Assembly (NCBI RefSeq): GCF_000195955.2
Contig: NC_000962.3
Coordinates: 30,001 to 62,000 of the forward strand
Direction of reading: 5' to 3'
Length of the DNA: 32,000 nt
Source of the DNA: Mycobacterium tuberculosis H37Rv
GTDB taxonomy: Bacteria; Actinomycetota; Actinomycetes; Mycobacteriales; Mycobacteriaceae
Position 1 is the first letter of the stretch; each line of letters opens with the position of its first letter. The position numbers were made by a program, and so were the translations under genes. Shown here piece after piece: positions 27,974 to 32,000 of the stretch. Below the pieces are notes generated by a model. The model was not told where the DNA came from. It was given only the letters and a program-made list of their open reading frames with translations, and did not search any database.

Positions 27974-28133
27974 TCTGTTCGCGATAGGCCTCGCCGTTCG
28001 CGACACTGACATTGCGCACACGACACGCCGCGGATCGTCGCACCGGGTTAAGCCTGGAGTGCGGTGGTGCCTGGTCGGCATTTTCGCAGTCGAGGGCTCT
28101 CGTGTAGCCTGGGCGAGTTGCCGACGCAGGCGA

Positions 28134-28179
28134 CCCTCCTGCCACGGATCGACCGTGGCCGCACACGACCACAGGAGGT
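28134..28179 (+). promoter_or_regulatory. Candidate S6:S18-type autoregulatory leader RNA overlapping the rpsF Shine-Dalgarno
   Basis: Outer pairing cctcct (28135-28140) with SD aggagg (28173-28178); inner hairpin ccacgg-atcga-ccgtgg (28142-28158); trinucleotide ccg immediately 3' of the hairpin (28159-28161); rpsF ATG at 28192. Confidence 0.5.
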
Positions 28180-28191
28180 GATGAGGTTCCT

Positions 28192-28482
28192 ATGCGTCCA
28201 TACGAAATCATGGTCATCCTCGACCCGACCCTCGACGAACGCACCGTAGCCCCGTCCTTGGAGACGTTCCTCAACGTCGTCCGTAAGGACGGCGGAAAAG
28301 TCGAAAAGGTGGACATCTGGGGCAAGCGTCGGCTGGCGTACGAGATCGCCAAGCATGCCGAAGGCATCTACGTGGTGATCGACGTGAAAGCCGCCCCGGC
28401 GACGGTGTCCGAACTCGACCGCCAGCTCAGCCTCAACGAGTCGGTGTTGCGCACCAAGGTAATGCGCACCGACAAGCACTAA
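28192..28482 (+). CDS. rpsF: 30S ribosomal protein S6, 96 aa
   Basis: [62 protein letters not shown]. Confidence 0.98.
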
Positions 28483-28585
28483 TCGGCCTGCCAGGCACTG
28501 GCTGTTCGCTGTCGGTGCGGTTACGTAGGCTCGGCGAAGAAGAACACGACCAGCCGCCGAACCCAGGCGGACGCAGGAGGAAATT

Positions 28586-29080
28586 GTGGCTGGTGACACC
28601 ACCATCACCATCGTCGGAAATCTGACCGCTGACCCCGAGCTGCGGTTCACCCCGTCCGGTGCGGCCGTGGCGAATTTCACCGTGGCGTCAACGCCCCGGA
28701 TCTATGACCGTCAGACCGGCGAATGGAAAGACGGCGAAGCGCTGTTCCTCCGGTGCAATATCTGGCGGGAGGCGGCCGAGAACGTGGCCGAGAGCCTCAC
28801 CCGGGGGGCACGAGTCATCGTTAGCGGGCGGCTTAAGCAGCGGTCGTTTGAAACCCGTGAGGGCGAGAAGCGCACCGTCATCGAGGTCGAGGTCGATGAG
28901 ATTGGGCCTTCGCTTCGGTACGCCACCGCCAAGGTCAACAAGGCCAGCCGCAGCGGCGGGTTTGGCAGCGGATCCCGTCCGGCGCCGGCGCAGACCAGCA
29001 GCGCCTCGGGAGATGACCCGTGGGGCAGCGCACCGGCGTCGGGTTCGTTCGGCGGCGGCGATGACGAACCGCCATTCTGA
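28586..29080 (+). CDS. ssb: Single-stranded DNA-binding protein, 164 aa
   Basis: GTG start after AGGAGG; [34 protein letters not shown]...; acidic tail GGDDEPPF. Confidence 0.98.
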   Translation: MAGDTTITIVGNLTADPELRFTPSGAAVANFTVASTPRIYDRQTGEWKDGEALFLRCNIWREAAENVAESLTRGARVIVSGRLKQRSFETREGEKRTVIEVEVDEIGPSLRYATAKVNKASRSGGFGSGSRPAPAQTSSASGDDPWGSAPASGSFGGGDDEPPF

Positions 29081-29121
29081 CCCCAAGAACTGCAAATCAA
29101 GAAACGGAAAGATAGACACTC

Positions 29122-29376
29122 ATGGCCAAGTCCAGCAAGCGGCGCCCGGCTCCGGAAAAGCCGGTCAAGACGCGTAAATGCGTGTTCTGCGCGAAGAAGG
29201 ACCAAGCGATCGACTACAAGGACACCGCGCTGTTGCGCACCTACATCAGCGAGCGCGGCAAGATCCGCGCGCGTCGGGTCACGGGCAACTGCGTGCAGCA
29301 CCAGCGAGACATCGCGCTCGCGGTGAAGAACGCCCGCGAGGTGGCGCTGCTGCCCTTTACGTCTTCGGTGCGGTAG
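29122..29376 (+). CDS. rpsR1: 30S ribosomal protein S18, Cys-containing (C+) paralogue, 84 aa
   Basis: [64 protein letters not shown]. Confidence 0.97.
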
Positions 29377-29408
29377 CGCCGAATGTCCAACGGAGAGTGC
29401 AAAATACC

Positions 29409-29867
29409 ATGAAGCTCATTCTCACGGCCGATGTCGATCACCTCGGGTCCATCGGCGACACTGTCGAGGTCAAGGACGGGTATGGCCGTAACTTTCTGCT
29501 CCCGCGCGGCCTGGCGATCGTCGCCTCGCGCGGAGCCCAGAAGCAGGCTGACGAGATCCGCCGGGCCCGCGAAACCAAAAGCGTACGCGACCTAGAGCAC
29601 GCCAACGAGATCAAGGCGGCGATCGAGGCGCTCGGCCCGATAGCGCTGCCGGTGAAGACTTCAGCTGATTCTGGGAAGTTGTTCGGCTCGGTGACCGCCG
29701 CAGATGTGGTTGCTGCCATCAAGAAGGCCGGTGGACCAAACCTCGATAAGCGGATCGTTCGGCTGCCCAAGACGCACATCAAGGCCGTGGGCACGCATTT
29801 TGTGTCGGTGCACCTGCACCCGGAAATCGATGTCGAGGTATCGCTGGACGTCGTGGCGCAGAGCTAA
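29409..29867 (+). CDS. rplI: 50S ribosomal protein L9, 152 aa
   Basis: ATG at 29409: [55 protein letters not shown]. The track start at 29178 is spurious. Confidence 0.98.
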
Positions 29868-29895
29868 GGCGAGCTGAGGCCACAACAGTTTGCGC

Positions 29896-30417
29896 ATGCC
29901 GGTGGTGACCGCGGTCGGCCGCCGCCGGGGTTTCGCCATGCCCTGGGTGTCCACCGCACGGTCCGGTGCGGTGATGCTGGCGAACTATTCGGCCGGCGTT
30001 TGCGGGCGGGTGTCTTCACCGGGCCTTAACGTCAGGAAAATGTGTCTGAAAGCCAACACGCCCGGCGCGGTAACCTGGCTCGACACGCCGAAGAGATTCT
30101 TGTCCACACAAACGGCGTCGCGTTGTATGGCCGTTAACAGCAGTGATGTCGTAACGGGCCGTATTGATCCACAGGTTCTCCACACCCCGCTCAACACAGA
30201 CGTCGACGGATATGCACATGCGATGCACAGCTCCATAAACAGTGGCCCCTTGGAGTACTTGCCAGCAACGTTTAGCGTCTTCCCGGCGCTAGGCGATGTG
30301 GGTGACTTGGGCGGTGGTGTCGGTGCGGCGACTTACGCTCTGGATAGGTTGTCGAATATGCGTTCGGGTGCTTGTGTCGGAGGAGGTGAGAGCCCATGGC
30401 GGTCGTTGATGACCTAG
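29896..30417 (+). CDS. Hypothetical ORF of doubtful coding status, 173 aa (Rv0057-like)
   Basis: Open frame [26 protein letters not shown]...; no recognised domain; overlaps the dnaB start by 22 nt and contains DnaA-box-like sequences. Confidence 0.4.
30100..30184 (+). promoter_or_regulatory. Candidate DnaA-box cluster upstream of dnaB: ttgtccaca (30100-30108), ttctccaca (30176-30184), plus weaker tgatccaca (30165-30173)
   Basis: Direct match of one site to the mycobacterial DnaA-box consensus TTGTCCACA, one single-mismatch site and one double-mismatch site, all in the same orientation. Confidence 0.45.
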
Positions 30418-32000
30418 CGCCCGGCATGGACTCCTCACCGCCCAGTGAAGATTACGGCCGTCAACCACCGCAGGATCTCGCCGCCGAGCAGTCCGTGCTG
30501 GGCGGGATGTTGCTGAGCAAGGACGCCATCGCCGATGTACTGGAACGGCTACGGCCCGGCGATTTTTATCGTCCGGCGCATCAGAACGTCTACGACGCCA
30601 TTTTGGACCTGTATGGGCGGGGAGAACCGGCTGATGCGGTGACGGTGGCCGCCGAACTGGATCGCCGTGGGCTGCTGCGCCGCATCGGCGGTGCTCCCTA
30701 CCTGCACACCCTGATCTCGACGGTGCCGACGGCCGCCAACGCGGGCTACTACGCGAGCATCGTTGCCGAAAAGGCGCTGCTGCGCCGGCTGGTAGAGGCC
30801 GGAACCCGGGTGGTGCAGTACGGCTATGCCGGCGCCGAAGGCGCGGATGTGGCCGAGGTGGTCGATCGCGCGCAGGCCGAAATCTACGACGTCGCGGATC
30901 GGCGGCTGTCGGAAGACTTTGTGGCGCTTGAGGACCTGCTGCAACCGACGATGGACGAGATCGATGCCATCGCTTCCAGTGGCGGCCTGGCGCGCGGGGT
31001 GGCTACCGGCTTCACCGAACTCGACGAGGTCACCAACGGCCTGCATCCGGGGCAGATGGTCATCGTGGCGGCGCGCCCGGGCGTGGGAAAGTCCACCCTT
31101 GGGCTGGACTTCATGCGGTCATGCTCGATCAGGCATCGGATGGCCAGCGTCATCTTCTCGCTGGAGATGAGCAAGTCCGAGATTGTCATGCGACTGCTGT
31201 CGGCGGAGGCCAAAATCAAGCTCTCCGACATGCGTTCGGGCCGGATGAGCGATGACGACTGGACCCGGCTGGCGCGGCGGATGAGCGAAATCAGCGAAGC
31301 GCCACTGTTTATCGACGACTCGCCCAACCTGACCATGATGGAGATCCGTGCCAAGGCGCGCCGCCTGCGGCAAAAGGCCAACCTGAAGTTGATCGTGGTC
31401 GACTACCTGCAACTGATGACCTCGGGCAAGAAGTATGAATCACGGCAGGTGGAGGTGTCGGAGTTCTCGCGGCATCTGAAGCTGTTGGCAAAAGAGCTTG
31501 AGGTTCCCGTGGTCGCGATCAGCCAGCTCAACCGTGGGCCCGAGCAGCGTACCGATAAGAAACCGATGCTGGCCGACCTCAGGGAATCGGGCTGCCTGAC
31601 CGCGTCCACCAGAATCTTGCGCGCCGATACCGGCGCTGAGGTCGCCTTCGGTGAGCTCATGCGAAGCGGTGAACGTCCCATGGTGTGGTCGCTGGACGAG
31701 CGGCTGCGCATGGTGGCCCGGCCGATGATCAACGTGTTCCCGAGCGGGCGCAAGGAAGTGTTTCGGCTTCGGCTGGCTTCCGGACGCGAAGTCGAGGCCA
31801 CCGGCAGCCACCCCTTTATGAAGTTCGAAGGCTGGACTCCCTTGGCGCAGTTGAAGGTTGGTGACCGGATCGCAGCACCGCGCCGGGTACCTGAGCCCAT
31901 CGACACTCAGCGGATGCCCGAGTCTGAGCTCATTTCGCTGGCTCGCATGATCGGTGACGGGTCGTGCCTGAAGAACCAGCCGATCCGCTACGAGCCGGTG
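30396..32000 (+). CDS. dnaB: Replicative DNA helicase DnaB, 5' part (535 codons in window), intein-interrupted; 3' end outside window
   Basis: [41 protein letters not shown]...; Walker [17 protein letters not shown]; IVVDYLQLM; frame open to the window end. Absent from the ORF track because it is not closed. Confidence 0.97.
31593..32000 (+). other. Intein N-terminal portion within DnaB, including the start of a LAGLIDADG-type endonuclease region; 3' end outside window
   Basis: Extein ...MLADLRESG ends at codon 399. Codon 400 is Cys (TGC 31593-31595): [22 protein letters not shown] (block A), [34 protein letters not shown] (block B), [12 protein letters not shown] (LAGLIDADG-like). Confidence 0.93.

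Noticed and set aside
1-32000. CRISPR arrays, tRNA/rRNA genes, complete IS elements, prophage modules
   Set aside because: No regularly spaced repeats, tRNA-like cloverleaf, rRNA sequence, intact transposase or phage structural genes were seen on manual reading of either strand.

Overview
The window is a high-GC actinobacterial chromosome segment. Gene order and encoded proteins match the Mycobacterium tuberculosis complex (or a very close relative), roughly Rv0026 to the 5' part of Rv0058/dnaB. That assignment is from recalled gene order and protein content, not a database search. In order, the window holds: a block of small type VII/ESX-associated-looking proteins (1-3553); a degenerate transposase relic; a tightly overlapping four-gene operon bioF2-acpA-(SnoaL-like)-fadD34 (4196-8947), which looks like a compact orphan lipid or amino-ketone biosynthetic system; DinB-like, MFS, YqgE-like and small membrane proteins; mtc28; leuS; MarR and GntR regulators; an LLM oxidoreductase; an alpha/beta hydrolase; PadR-ino1; a DUF1707-type membrane protein; a DUF5318-like gene-ponA1-GT87-like-DJ-1/PfpI run; rpsF-ssb-rpsR1-rplI; and dnaB, interrupted by an intein that runs off the window. 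Points most worth a second look: (1) the AONS-like/ACP/SnoaL/FAAL operon; (2) an apparent near-C-terminal frameshift in the first CDS, where a protein-like reading frame continues out of frame; (3) an unlisted 47-aa minus-strand ORF in the gap between the Rv0028-like and Rv0029-like genes; (4) an S6:S18-like leader structure that pairs with the rpsF Shine-Dalgarno; (5) DnaA-box-like sequences just upstream of dnaB inside a doubtful ORF; (6) a Cys-rich tail on a small membrane protein. I found no CRISPR array, tRNA or rRNA.
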